DNA of 64,000 nucleotides. Origin: Bacteroidota bacterium (GTDB lineage: Bacteria > Bacteroidota > JABWAT01). Below are positions 18,881 to 27,639 of the stretch, piece after piece (the first letter of the stretch is position 1; each line of letters starts with the position of its first letter). The stretch is taken from assembly GCA_013360915.1 (NCBI GenBank), contig JABWAT010000002.1, positions 258,098-322,097 of the forward strand, read 5' to 3'. The notes under the pieces are model-generated. The model had not been told where the DNA came from and did not search any database. It saw only the letters and a program-made list of their open reading frames with translations. Made by a program: the position numbers and the translations under genes.

Positions 18881-19734
18881 GCACCTCTGAAAAATCGGGG
18901 AGAGCCAGAAAGGTCACTGATGATTTCTGAGTCGGAAAGCTGATCAGCAAAACAGGAAGAGACGGCATCCATCAGATCCCGGTGACCTTCCAGCCATAGT
19001 TGACCTGGTTTGTTTAACAATGCTGGCAGGCATTCTGAAATTTTCCGGTAGAAAACCAACCCATCAGGTCCTCCATCCAGCGCCAGCCGGGGTTCCCACT
19101 GGCTGACTTCGGGTTCGAGGGTGTTGCATTCTTCAGATGGAATGTACGGTGGATTCGAAACGATCAGATCAAAAGTGCCGGGGATGGGAGTGGTCAGAAA
19201 ATCCAGTTCAAGAAACCGGATCCGGGAGTCAACCCCTGCCAGCCCAGCATTCTGCCGGGCGATACGCAGTGCATCGGGTGACCGATCCACTGCAGTGATG
19301 GTGGAATCGGGAAAGGCAGAAGCCAGGGAAATGGCCAGAATCCCGCTACCGGTCCCGATATCGAGCACCTGAGCAGGCGGAAAGTTGCGGTGAAAGCGAA
19401 TAATCCGGTCAGCCAGTTCCTCAGTCTCAGGCCGGGGAATCAGAACACCCGGTTCCACATGAATCGTGAGATTGAGAAAGGGGACTTCACCGGTCAGGTA
19501 TTGAACCGGTTCCCGTTTGGCCCGGCGCCTGAGCAGTTCCCGGAACCGGTCGGTTTCTGCCGGACTTAGCGGATAGTCAAACCGGAGGTACAAGGAGAGG
19601 CGATCGGTTTTCAGGACGTGCGCCAGCAACCACTCGGCATTTAATCGTGGGTTTTCAATTCCCTTGCTTTCAAGAAAGGGTGCAGAAACCCTCAGGAAAT
19701 CCAAAACGGTAACCGGCTGATCGTTTTGACCCAT
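18874..19734 (-). CDS. prmC: release factor glutamine N5-methyltransferase
   Basis: NPPYIP motif and class-I SAM-methyltransferase motif I (LDIGTGSG). Confidence 0.85.
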   Translation of the reverse strand: MGQNDQPVTVLDFLRVSAPFLESKGIENPRLNAEWLLAHVLKTDRLSLYLRFDYPLSPAETDRFRELLRRRAKREPVQYLTGEVPFLNLTIHVEPGVLIPRPETEELADRIIRFHRNFPPAQVLDIGTGSGILAISLASAFPDSTITAVDRSPDALRIARQNAGLAGVDSRIRFLELDFLTTPIPGTFDLIVSNPPYIPSEECNTLEPEVSQWEPRLALDGGPDGLVFYRKISECLPALLNKPGQLWLEGHRDLMDAVSSCFADQLSDSEIISDLSGSPRFFRGAW

Positions 19735-20696
19735 TACCCGTTCCGGTGACTCAGTCCCGATAGGAACTGGTAAATGAGCAAAGCAGCTAATTTTGCGGTC
19801 CGGTTATCGGAGTCGAACAGGGGATTCACTTCGCAGATATCGAAACTGGTTACGGCCGGATTTTCTCCCAGATCATAGGCAGCCACCAGCATTTTCTCTG
19901 TATTTACACCGGTAACAGGCGGGGCCGAACACCCTGGTGCCACACTGGCGGGAAAGCAGTCGATATCAATGGTGGCATAAACCGGATGATCGGGGGACAC
20001 CCATGGCTTGAGGGTGAAATGCCTCATATTAAAGTCAGAGAGCCATTCGGTCCGTATGGATTTTTCCCGTGCATAATCGAGGTAGTATGCCGAATTTGAA
20101 TTGGGCTGTATTCCCAGTACCGCATAACTGCTCAGCAAACCGGAAGGATGCTCAATCATCTGACGGAAGGGTGTCCCGCTGTTGCCAATGCCATCGGCTG
20201 GGAGCACTCTCACATCCAGATGAGCATCGAAATTGATCACCGAGACCGCTTTTTGTTTCTGAACATAGCCCAGAAAATGTCCGTAGGCTGTTTCGTGCCC
20301 GCCACCAATGACCACAGGAATGGCCCGGTGATGGAGAACATAGGCAACCACCGAACCCAGCCGGTATTGTGCTTCCTCGAGACTGGATCCGGTCTGAACC
20401 AGACCCAGGTCATATATTCTGAACCGGTCAAACCGGCGTATGCCAGCCTGCATGTTTCCGGCAGGCAAACGGTACAGCATATCACGAACTTTTTCGGGAC
20501 CTCCGCGGGCCCCTTCACGACCATGATTCCTCACGACGCCGCGGTCTTCGGGGAAGCCGATGAGGCAGACATCCCCGATGTGAAGGTCGGGCGGTGTTTC
20601 CTCTGCAAACTCGATGATTTCGCCAATCCGGATATCCTTCGGGTCGTTTCGGGAAAATCGTTGAATGACAGGAACAGGAATCAGTGGAAGGGACAT
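19734..20696 (-). CDS. hutG: formimidoylglutamase/arginase-family hydrolase (hutG-like)
   Basis: Arginase-fold motifs (FDAHLDV, GGGHE, D.D.D). Start chosen at MSLPL (20696), which gives a 16-nt overlap with the hutI stop. The ORF track extends to 20840. Confidence 0.6.
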   Translation of the reverse strand: MSLPLIPVPVIQRFSRNDPKDIRIGEIIEFAEETPPDLHIGDVCLIGFPEDRGVVRNHGREGARGGPEKVRDMLYRLPAGNMQAGIRRFDRFRIYDLGLVQTGSSLEEAQYRLGSVVAYVLHHRAIPVVIGGGHETAYGHFLGYVQKQKAVSVINFDAHLDVRVLPADGIGNSGTPFRQMIEHPSGLLSSYAVLGIQPNSNSAYYLDYAREKSIRTEWLSDFNMRHFTLKPWVSPDHPVYATIDIDCFPASVAPGCSAPPVTGVNTEKMLVAAYDLGENPAVTSFDICEVNPLFDSDNRTAKLAALLIYQFLSGLSHRNG

Positions 20697-21925
20697 TCGA
20701 TCGGTTCTCCGGTAGAAAAAATCCATCGACCCTGTGCCATGACAGCGGCCGTGTGATTGACGGATGGATGGTAAATCAGATGGTTCCAGTCGGGAGCATT
20801 CCAGATGACGAGATCCGCCCGGTAACCGGGGAGGAGACAACCCGTCACATGATGTCTTCCCAAAGCCCGGGCCGCATTTGTGGTCACAGCTTTCAGGCAG
20901 TCATCTGCTGACATCCCCATGTAGAGAGCGGCGAGAGTCATCACCATGGACAGGCTTTCCATGGGGCATGAACCCGGGTTAAAGTCGGTGGCGAGCGCAA
21001 CCGGAATACCGGCAGCGGTTAATTTCGAAAGCGGTGCAAAGGGTTTTTTCAAATAAAAGGCTGTACCCGGCAACAAAACAGCCACGGTTCCCGATGAGGA
21101 TAGATCCCGGATTCCCTGATCGGTCACACACAACAGGTGATCGGCAGACCAGGCCTGATACCGGGCAGCCAGAGAGGCACCTCCGATGGGAGTCAGTTCA
21201 TCGGCATGAACTTTTATCGCAAGTCCCGCTTTGCGGGCGGCTGCGAGAATACGGTCAGACTCTCCAATGGTGTAAACCCCCTTCTCACAAAAAACATCCA
21301 CTGCCTCGGCAAGATTTTCCATGGCAATGGCAGGAATCAGGTCCTGAATAATCTGGTTGATCCAGACCGTCCGGTCGATATCCGGTGGAATATCATGTGC
21401 TCCCATAAATGTCGGACTGATATCGATGGGGGATTCGTTTTTCAGCTGGTCGATGATTCGAAGCAGGCGGTATTCCGATTCAGATTCCAGTCCGTATCCT
21501 GTTTTGATTTCCAGGGTGGTGACACCTTGCTGAATCCAACGCCGGATGCGGTGCCGGGCGGATCGCAAAAGGTCGGTGGAGGATGCTGAACGGGTTTTGA
21601 GGACGGTCGTCCGTATTCCGCCGCCGGCAGCCGCAATTTCTTCGTAGGTGGCTCCCTGAGTCCGGCTGATAAATTCGTCTGAGCGGTCACCGGCAAAAAC
21701 CAGGTGAGTATGGCAATCAATGAGACCGGGAGTGACGGTCTGACCGGTAGCATCCAGTTCGGCAGCCGATCCGGGCACGGGTGCTTTTTCCATGGGACCG
21801 ACCCAGGAGATGCGGCCATTTTCGATGAGAATGCCGGCATTTGAAAGGGTGATCACGGGGTCGTGTAAATCGGGGCCCGGTGTTTTCAACTGGGCAATGT
21901 TCTTGATAAAAACGGTCTCGCTCAT
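20681..21925 (-). CDS. hutI: imidazolonepropionase
   Basis: GLIDCHTHLVFAGDR, HADE and the rest of the amidohydrolase metal-binding pattern. Start chosen at MSETVF. Confidence 0.85.
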   Translation of the reverse strand: MSETVFIKNIAQLKTPGPDLHDPVITLSNAGILIENGRISWVGPMEKAPVPGSAAELDATGQTVTPGLIDCHTHLVFAGDRSDEFISRTQGATYEEIAAAGGGIRTTVLKTRSASSTDLLRSARHRIRRWIQQGVTTLEIKTGYGLESESEYRLLRIIDQLKNESPIDISPTFMGAHDIPPDIDRTVWINQIIQDLIPAIAMENLAEAVDVFCEKGVYTIGESDRILAAARKAGLAIKVHADELTPIGGASLAARYQAWSADHLLCVTDQGIRDLSSSGTVAVLLPGTAFYLKKPFAPLSKLTAAGIPVALATDFNPGSCPMESLSMVMTLAALYMGMSADDCLKAVTTNAARALGRHHVTGCLLPGYRADLVIWNAPDWNHLIYHPSVNHTAAVMAQGRWIFSTGEPIECPFH

Positions 21926-22054
21926 GACGAAACAAAGATAATGTGCTGGTTTCCTGTGCTGAAACCGGAACGAAGGAATCCGGCGGGTAGACATACAGAA
22001 CCTGTCGGTTATCTTTGCGTCTGAACAAACCGGTTAATCTGTTGAGGATGATGA

Positions 22055-24169
22055 ATGAACCGACTCGTGCTTTTGTTAACAGGGGCCTTCCTGTTTTCTG
22101 ATGTGATTCTGGTGACCGCCCAACCCGATTTGTTTTTTGGGACGCGGGGAACAGGAAATCAGTTCCCCGGTGCAACTGTGCCACATGGGATGATATCCCT
22201 TTCCCCGCATACCAATTCTTCTCACCCGGTTGGTTATTTGGCTGGTGATTCAGTTATCCACGGTTTCGGCACCGTTCATCTAAGTGGTGCATCCTGGCCG
22301 GTTTTTGGTGGAGTAACGGTCATGCCGGGTGTTGATGGCCGTTTTTCTGCTGTAAAAAAAAATGAAAGGGCAGTGCCGGGTTTTTATCAGGTTGAGCTGC
22401 AGGAAACCGGTATTACTGCATCCATGGCTGCCTCTGTTCGATCCGGGTTGTTTCATTTCAGATGGAATCAGTCACAAGCAGGGAAACGGCAGATTCGAAT
22501 CGGTCTGAATGATCAGCTTGGGGGTCCGCAAAGCGGATTTACAGAAATCATCAATTCCTCAGAAATGGTTGGTTATCAGGCGGGTCGATCGTACGGACCC
22601 TCTGCGGTTCCCTACACAATTTACTATGTGCTCCGTTTCAGTGAACCTGCTGCATCCATTGAAATCAAAACCAGATACAACAGCCAGTTTCCAGTCAGTC
22701 CCACTTTGTTTCTGAAGGATTCGCTCACCGTAGCCGATCTGAGTTTTGGAAATCAGGCCGATTCTGTTCTGGTTCAGGTGGGCGTTTCCTTCGTTAGCAT
22801 TGCCAATGCAAGGCTTAATCTGGAATCGGAATTGCGTGGCTTTGATTTCGGATCAATTCAGCGGGTAGCTGCCAGTCTGTGGCAGGAAGCATTGGGCCGC
22901 GTGTCGGTGGCAGGCGGAAGCGATCATTTTCGGACCCTGTTTTCGACGGCACTTTATCACAGTCTCTTGCTTCCTATGACTTTTTCTGATGTGAACGGAG
23001 AGTACCCAAGACCGGGAGGAGCTGGCGTGAATCAGACCACCGGGACCCAGCTAACTGCTCTTTTTCTCGATTATGGGTGGCGGACCCACTATCCGCTTCT
23101 GAGTTTTCTGTATCCGGAAACCATGCTACAAGTTCAATCCTCCATACTGAACATCGCCGAATCGCAGGCCTGGTTACCGATGACCGAACTGGCAGGAAGG
23201 GAAACCTTTCAGGCAGAGGGTGATCCGGCCACCATGGTTCTGGCTGACAGCTGGTTTCGTGGCATGGTCCCGGCCAATCCGGTCAGGGCCATGTCCTGGA
23301 TGGTAAAGTCAGCATCGGATACGCTGCGCCGGAATCCCATTCGTCCCGGATTGGAAGATTACATCCGGTTGGGCTATATGCCGGCTGATGCCGACCAGCC
23401 CGATGCGTCGGTGATCCAGACACTTGATTATGCCCGGTCCGATTTTATGCTGGCCCGCCTGGCCGATACCCTGGACATGCCCAATGTAAGGAAGGATATG
23501 CGTCGGCGCGCTGCTTTGCCATTTTCGCTTTGGGATCCGGTTCAAAACCGGTTCCTGCCCCGGAATGATCAGCGCGGAGTGGTGCAAACGACTGCAGATC
23601 CGCGTTTCTGGCTTTTCAGGTATGACTGGTCAAGGCAAACACTGACCGACTCGCTGGGAGGTATGAAGGACCTGTTAAAGGTTCTGGTTTCCATGATCAG
23701 GAAAAACCAGATATCTCTTTCAGACCCGGTTCAGGCAGAGTGGCCCTTGTTTTTCATGCAGGAGAAGGCCGAAGTCTGGCGGGCCCATCAGGTTTACCGT
23801 GATTATCTGTTAAAAACGTATTCAGCGGGTGTTAATGATTACGCGGCATCCAATGAAGGCGCTGCGGAATCTTCCAGACTGGTCTGGCTGATGATGGGAT
23901 TGTATCCCGAGCAAACCGGACGAACGGGATATTTTCTGATTCCCCCGGCCTTTGAGACAGTAACTGTTCAGAGGGGCGGACGGCTGAAGGATCAGAGATC
24001 CATCATAATTGTGGCGGAAAAGCAGAGACCAGCCAACTACTTTATCAAAGAGGTCTCCTGGCGTGGCAAACCGGAGGAGGATTATTTCATTCCCCATCAC
24101 TCGCTGATAAGAGGAGGCGAACTGAAACTGGAAATGAATCCCCGGATCGTCCAGGTATTAATGGATTAA
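22055..24169 (+). CDS. glycoside hydrolase family 92-like protein (putative alpha-mannosidase)
   Basis: Signal peptide. N-terminal GNQFPGATVPHGMISLSP matches the GH92 GxTFPGAxxPFGMxQxSP motif. C-terminal MMGLYPEQTGRTGYFLIPPAFETVTV matches the GH92 C-terminal block. Shorter than typical GH92 enzymes. Confidence 0.55.
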   Translation: MNRLVLLLTGAFLFSDVILVTAQPDLFFGTRGTGNQFPGATVPHGMISLSPHTNSSHPVGYLAGDSVIHGFGTVHLSGASWPVFGGVTVMPGVDGRFSAVKKNERAVPGFYQVELQETGITASMAASVRSGLFHFRWNQSQAGKRQIRIGLNDQLGGPQSGFTEIINSSEMVGYQAGRSYGPSAVPYTIYYVLRFSEPAASIEIKTRYNSQFPVSPTLFLKDSLTVADLSFGNQADSVLVQVGVSFVSIANARLNLESELRGFDFGSIQRVAASLWQEALGRVSVAGGSDHFRTLFSTALYHSLLLPMTFSDVNGEYPRPGGAGVNQTTGTQLTALFLDYGWRTHYPLLSFLYPETMLQVQSSILNIAESQAWLPMTELAGRETFQAEGDPATMVLADSWFRGMVPANPVRAMSWMVKSASDTLRRNPIRPGLEDYIRLGYMPADADQPDASVIQTLDYARSDFMLARLADTLDMPNVRKDMRRRAALPFSLWDPVQNRFLPRNDQRGVVQTTADPRFWLFRYDWSRQTLTDSLGGMKDLLKVLVSMIRKNQISLSDPVQAEWPLFFMQEKAEVWRAHQVYRDYLLKTYSAGVNDYAASNEGAAESSRLVWLMMGLYPEQTGRTGYFLIPPAFETVTVQRGGRLKDQRSIIIVAEKQRPANYFIKEVSWRGKPEEDYFIPHHSLIRGGELKLEMNPRIVQVLMD

Positions 24170-26610
24170 GTGATGCGGATGACCACAATGGTCATGTCAT
24201 CGTGCTGAGGAGCCTGCCCGCAGAATTTCCTCACTTCATCATTGATGGCCGTAATAATCGCCTGTGCAGGTTTTCCCGATTGATGACGGATTGCCGCGAG
24301 TAAACGCTCCTCTCCGAATTCCTCACGGGATTCATTCATGGCCTCGGTGTATCCGTCGGTGTAGAAAACAATGATGTCACCCGGGCTTAGAGACACGGTC
24401 TGATCTTTGATCACCTTCTCGAAACGGTCACCACGTTCCATTCCGAGAGCCAGTCCCTCCGGTTTCAGGTTTTCAGTTTTTCCATCACCCAGCAACCAGA
24501 CAGCCGGATTGTGGCCCGCCCGGGCAATGGTCATGGTCCGGGATTCTGCATCGAGTATGGCATAAAACATCGACACAAAATTTCCTTTTTCGATGGTACG
24601 TGAAAGCAATTGATTCACTTTCGTCAGTACCCGCGAAGGAAGGGTTCCCGATTCAGCATTTGACTGAACAATTCCTTTGGTCAGTGTCATGTAAATGGCG
24701 GCAGGGAGACCCTTTCCGGACACATCACCAACTGCAATTCCCATTTTGGTCGGACTGATGGCGATATAATCGAAATAATCACCCCCGACTTCCAGAGCGG
24801 GGATACAGGCACCGGCGATATCTGCACCCGGAAAGGCCGGACTTGATTTTGGCAGCAGTTTTAATTGAACCTGTCGTGCAATTTCCAATTCCCGTGATAA
24901 CCTCACCCGTTCAGTGATCCGGCGGATGTGAGCTGGTGTGGTATCGGGATTGTATGAAAAGGCCTCTTTACGGATAAAGCCACTGATTGCAAATCCGGCC
25001 GGAATGCAGATGAGCAGGGCGGCCGGAACGGACACCATCCAGAAAGCCGACGGGTCTGCAAAGACAAAGGGAACCAGAGAAACCAGACTGGCAACCGTGA
25101 AGTTGGCCATGATGGCAGTCAGAACATCCCATCTGATCATCAGCCAGGTGAAGTACAGACCGGCCAGGAAAAGAAAAACCAGCGTTGGAATGGCATCATT
25201 CAGAAAGGTAACGTTCCAGAAGGATACGGCATAAAACATCCAGAGAGTGTTCGAAACCAGAATGCCGGCCCACTGGTTTTTGAGACGTCTTGAAAAGTAT
25301 TGATTTCCGAATAACCGGAAAATTAATTCTGCGGTGAGTGAGCCGGCCACTCCGGCCAGAATGGGGTTAATAGCTGGCATCCATGAACTCCAGGCAGGCG
25401 TATAGTTGGAAAGAACCGTTTTCCCACCTGCCAGAATCACGACCAACATTCCGATCACCATCAGACCCAGCAGGGTAAATCCGGCCAGATACCCTCTGCT
25501 GACAGAGATTGCCAGTTGAAGGGTGCTGAACTGCCGGTTGAGCAACCCATCGAGGGCGGCCATTTTCTGGCTGTGCTGTTCCCTCAGATAAGATTCACCG
25601 ATGCTCCAGGCCGTAAAGGCAGCCAATGCGGCAACCGGATTGAAAATGAGCAGCCGGCCGGTCAGCTGAACCACTGCAATCCAGTCAAAACTGAGTTCCC
25701 CAAGTCCCCATCCGAAGGGGGACACCGGAAGCATATTGATGGTATCGACTGAAAGCACCAGCCATGTGAGCCAGAATACCATTTTGGCCGAGGAAACGCC
25801 GACTTCTCCTTCGTGGTATTTTTTCAGAAAGGTAGCCAGCAGGAAGGCCAGAACAATGATAAAAGCAAAAGCAGAAATGTTCCCACCTAATACCGCTAAT
25901 GAATTGGATTGTGCTTCGTCACTCCGGTAGCTGGTTGGCAACTCGACGTTCATATCGAGAAAAGTATTTTCGCTGCCTGCAATCAGGACACCAAGCCGGA
26001 TGGTGGTTTTCAGAACAGAATCAGGTTTATAAAACCAGAATTGATGATCGGTGCGTTGTTCCCGACGGTTAGACACCACTTCCTTTTCACGGAAACCGGT
26101 AGTATCGATGCCAAAGCGCAGAATCTGATTAATTGCAGACTGTCTGGCTTCTTCCGGGGTCAGGTGGGCAGGACCCCATTCCTGGTTTTCAATACCAGTC
26201 AGGGTGAAATCATATCCTGTGATTTTTCCGGTCGGGGAGAGGTAAACCTGAAACTGCCGCTGAGGTGAGCTTCTGGCCACATTTTTATAAAAGTACACCA
26301 TCCAGTAGGGGGAAATCAGACCGAGCGAATCATGACGGCTCAACACCATGGCTGTGTCATAATCGGTTACATGCCAGGCATAACCAAACCGGTCATCTCC
26401 GAAAAAGCGGGCCGTCACCTCATATTCTTCAACGGGGTATCCGCGTTCCTTCAGAAACCCCTCAGCCCTTTCTATGACCAGAGACCGGCCTGCAGTCATT
26501 TCATGATTACGTACAGGGAGAACATACGGAAGTCCGATCCAGAAAATCAGAAATCCAAGTAGTCCGGCGATCAGCCAACGGGCAGACCAGTTATCTGGTT
26601 TTGGTTGCAT
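24166..26610 (-). CDS. membrane sensor PP2C/SpoIIE-family serine/threonine phosphatase (TM, periplasmic domain, ~10 TM, PP2C)
   Basis: C-terminal EVGGDYFDYI...GDVSGKG...TDGYTEA are PP2C signatures. N-terminal single TM, ~220-aa extracytoplasmic domain, then a polytopic 7TM-DISM-like block. Confidence 0.7.
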   Translation of the reverse strand: MQPKPDNWSARWLIAGLLGFLIFWIGLPYVLPVRNHEMTAGRSLVIERAEGFLKERGYPVEEYEVTARFFGDDRFGYAWHVTDYDTAMVLSRHDSLGLISPYWMVYFYKNVARSSPQRQFQVYLSPTGKITGYDFTLTGIENQEWGPAHLTPEEARQSAINQILRFGIDTTGFREKEVVSNRREQRTDHQFWFYKPDSVLKTTIRLGVLIAGSENTFLDMNVELPTSYRSDEAQSNSLAVLGGNISAFAFIIVLAFLLATFLKKYHEGEVGVSSAKMVFWLTWLVLSVDTINMLPVSPFGWGLGELSFDWIAVVQLTGRLLIFNPVAALAAFTAWSIGESYLREQHSQKMAALDGLLNRQFSTLQLAISVSRGYLAGFTLLGLMVIGMLVVILAGGKTVLSNYTPAWSSWMPAINPILAGVAGSLTAELIFRLFGNQYFSRRLKNQWAGILVSNTLWMFYAVSFWNVTFLNDAIPTLVFLFLAGLYFTWLMIRWDVLTAIMANFTVASLVSLVPFVFADPSAFWMVSVPAALLICIPAGFAISGFIRKEAFSYNPDTTPAHIRRITERVRLSRELEIARQVQLKLLPKSSPAFPGADIAGACIPALEVGGDYFDYIAISPTKMGIAVGDVSGKGLPAAIYMTLTKGIVQSNAESGTLPSRVLTKVNQLLSRTIEKGNFVSMFYAILDAESRTMTIARAGHNPAVWLLGDGKTENLKPEGLALGMERGDRFEKVIKDQTVSLSPGDIIVFYTDGYTEAMNESREEFGEERLLAAIRHQSGKPAQAIITAINDEVRKFCGQAPQHDDMTIVVIRIT

Positions 26611-26819
26611 AGAATATCTCTGGCAAAAAAGCTAAAGGTCGCAGGAACGTGAGACGGATTCAAGACCCGATAACAGGCAATGGTTAAATCTGATTTTGTT
26701 AACCTCCCGTTTAAAAAACATCTGAGAGGATAATCATGAAGGGTGTTCTTTAATCAGGTGGTCATTTGCCCGACAAACAAGTTACAGACCTTTGTGCCTG
26801 AAATGAAAGGGAGAAAACC

Positions 26820-27632
26820 ATGAAACCAAACATCCTTGCATTGGCCGGACTATTGATTCTGATGATTCCTGCAGGTTTGGCTGCACAGACCGGAAAAATT
26901 TCGGGCCGGGTGATCGGGGACCACACTCAGGAACCACTTTCCGCTGCCACGGTCATCATCAGTGTGAAAGGGGAAGCCAGGCAATCGGTGCGGTCAAATG
27001 CCAACGGAAATTTCAGTTTTTCAAATCTTGAACCCGGCACCTATGACCTGATTGTGAACAAGAAGGGATACAACCGGTTCAGCAAAGCTGTTCGTGTGAA
27101 TCCGGATTTCACTCTCAGACTGATTATCCCGGTGGAAGGCGGAGAGAAGCCCGTTTCCAAAGGAGTCCTGATTGCATCAAACTCATCAAAATCAGTGGAA
27201 GTAAAGCAACCCGGGCTGACCCAGATCAAACCCGTTGCCGACCAGATACAGGGGGCAGAACCAGGGCCTTCGGCCGATACATCTTCAGAATATCCGGGGC
27301 TGCAAACCATACCTGAAGAAGTTCCTGCTGATGTTCTGGTAGACTATCCTGATACCGAACCGGCACCTGAAGGTGGGCTAAAAGCGGTGATCAGGAATAT
27401 CGAGTACCCTGATCAGGCGATCCGGATGTTTATTCAGGGAAAAGTGGTTGTTTCGGTTTTAGTGAACAGCAAGGGAGAGCCCGAGCGTGTGGATGTTCTG
27501 ACAAGTGCACACCCGGTTCTTAGTGAAGCAGCCATCAACACCATTTACAAAACCAGGTTCATTGCGGCAACTCAGGGAGGAAGGGCCATCAGTGCAAGAG
27601 TCAATCTTCCGGTCCAGTTTGTGCTGCGCTGA
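26820..27632 (+). CDS. secreted protein with CarbopepD_reg-like N-terminal domain and TonB C-terminal domain
   Basis: Signal peptide. GKISGRVIGD...ATVII...ANGNFSFSNLEPGTYDL is the carboxypeptidase-regulatory-like fold. The C-terminal 90 aa matches TonB_C (EPAPEGG...GKVVVSVLV...G.P.RV). No N-terminal membrane anchor or Pro-rich spacer. Confidence 0.5.
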   Translation: MKPNILALAGLLILMIPAGLAAQTGKISGRVIGDHTQEPLSAATVIISVKGEARQSVRSNANGNFSFSNLEPGTYDLIVNKKGYNRFSKAVRVNPDFTLRLIIPVEGGEKPVSKGVLIASNSSKSVEVKQPGLTQIKPVADQIQGAEPGPSADTSSEYPGLQTIPEEVPADVLVDYPDTEPAPEGGLKAVIRNIEYPDQAIRMFIQGKVVVSVLVNSKGEPERVDVLTSAHPVLSEAAINTIYKTRFIAATQGGRAISARVNLPVQFVLR

Positions 27633-27639
27633 ACGCGGG

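Noticed and set aside
20697-20840. Longer hutG start (368 aa) overlapping 160 nt of hutI
   Set aside because: The N-terminal extension is Pro/Arg/Gly-rich with no conserved residues. The internal Met (MSLPL) gives a typical ~320-aa arginase-fold protein with only a 16-nt overlap.
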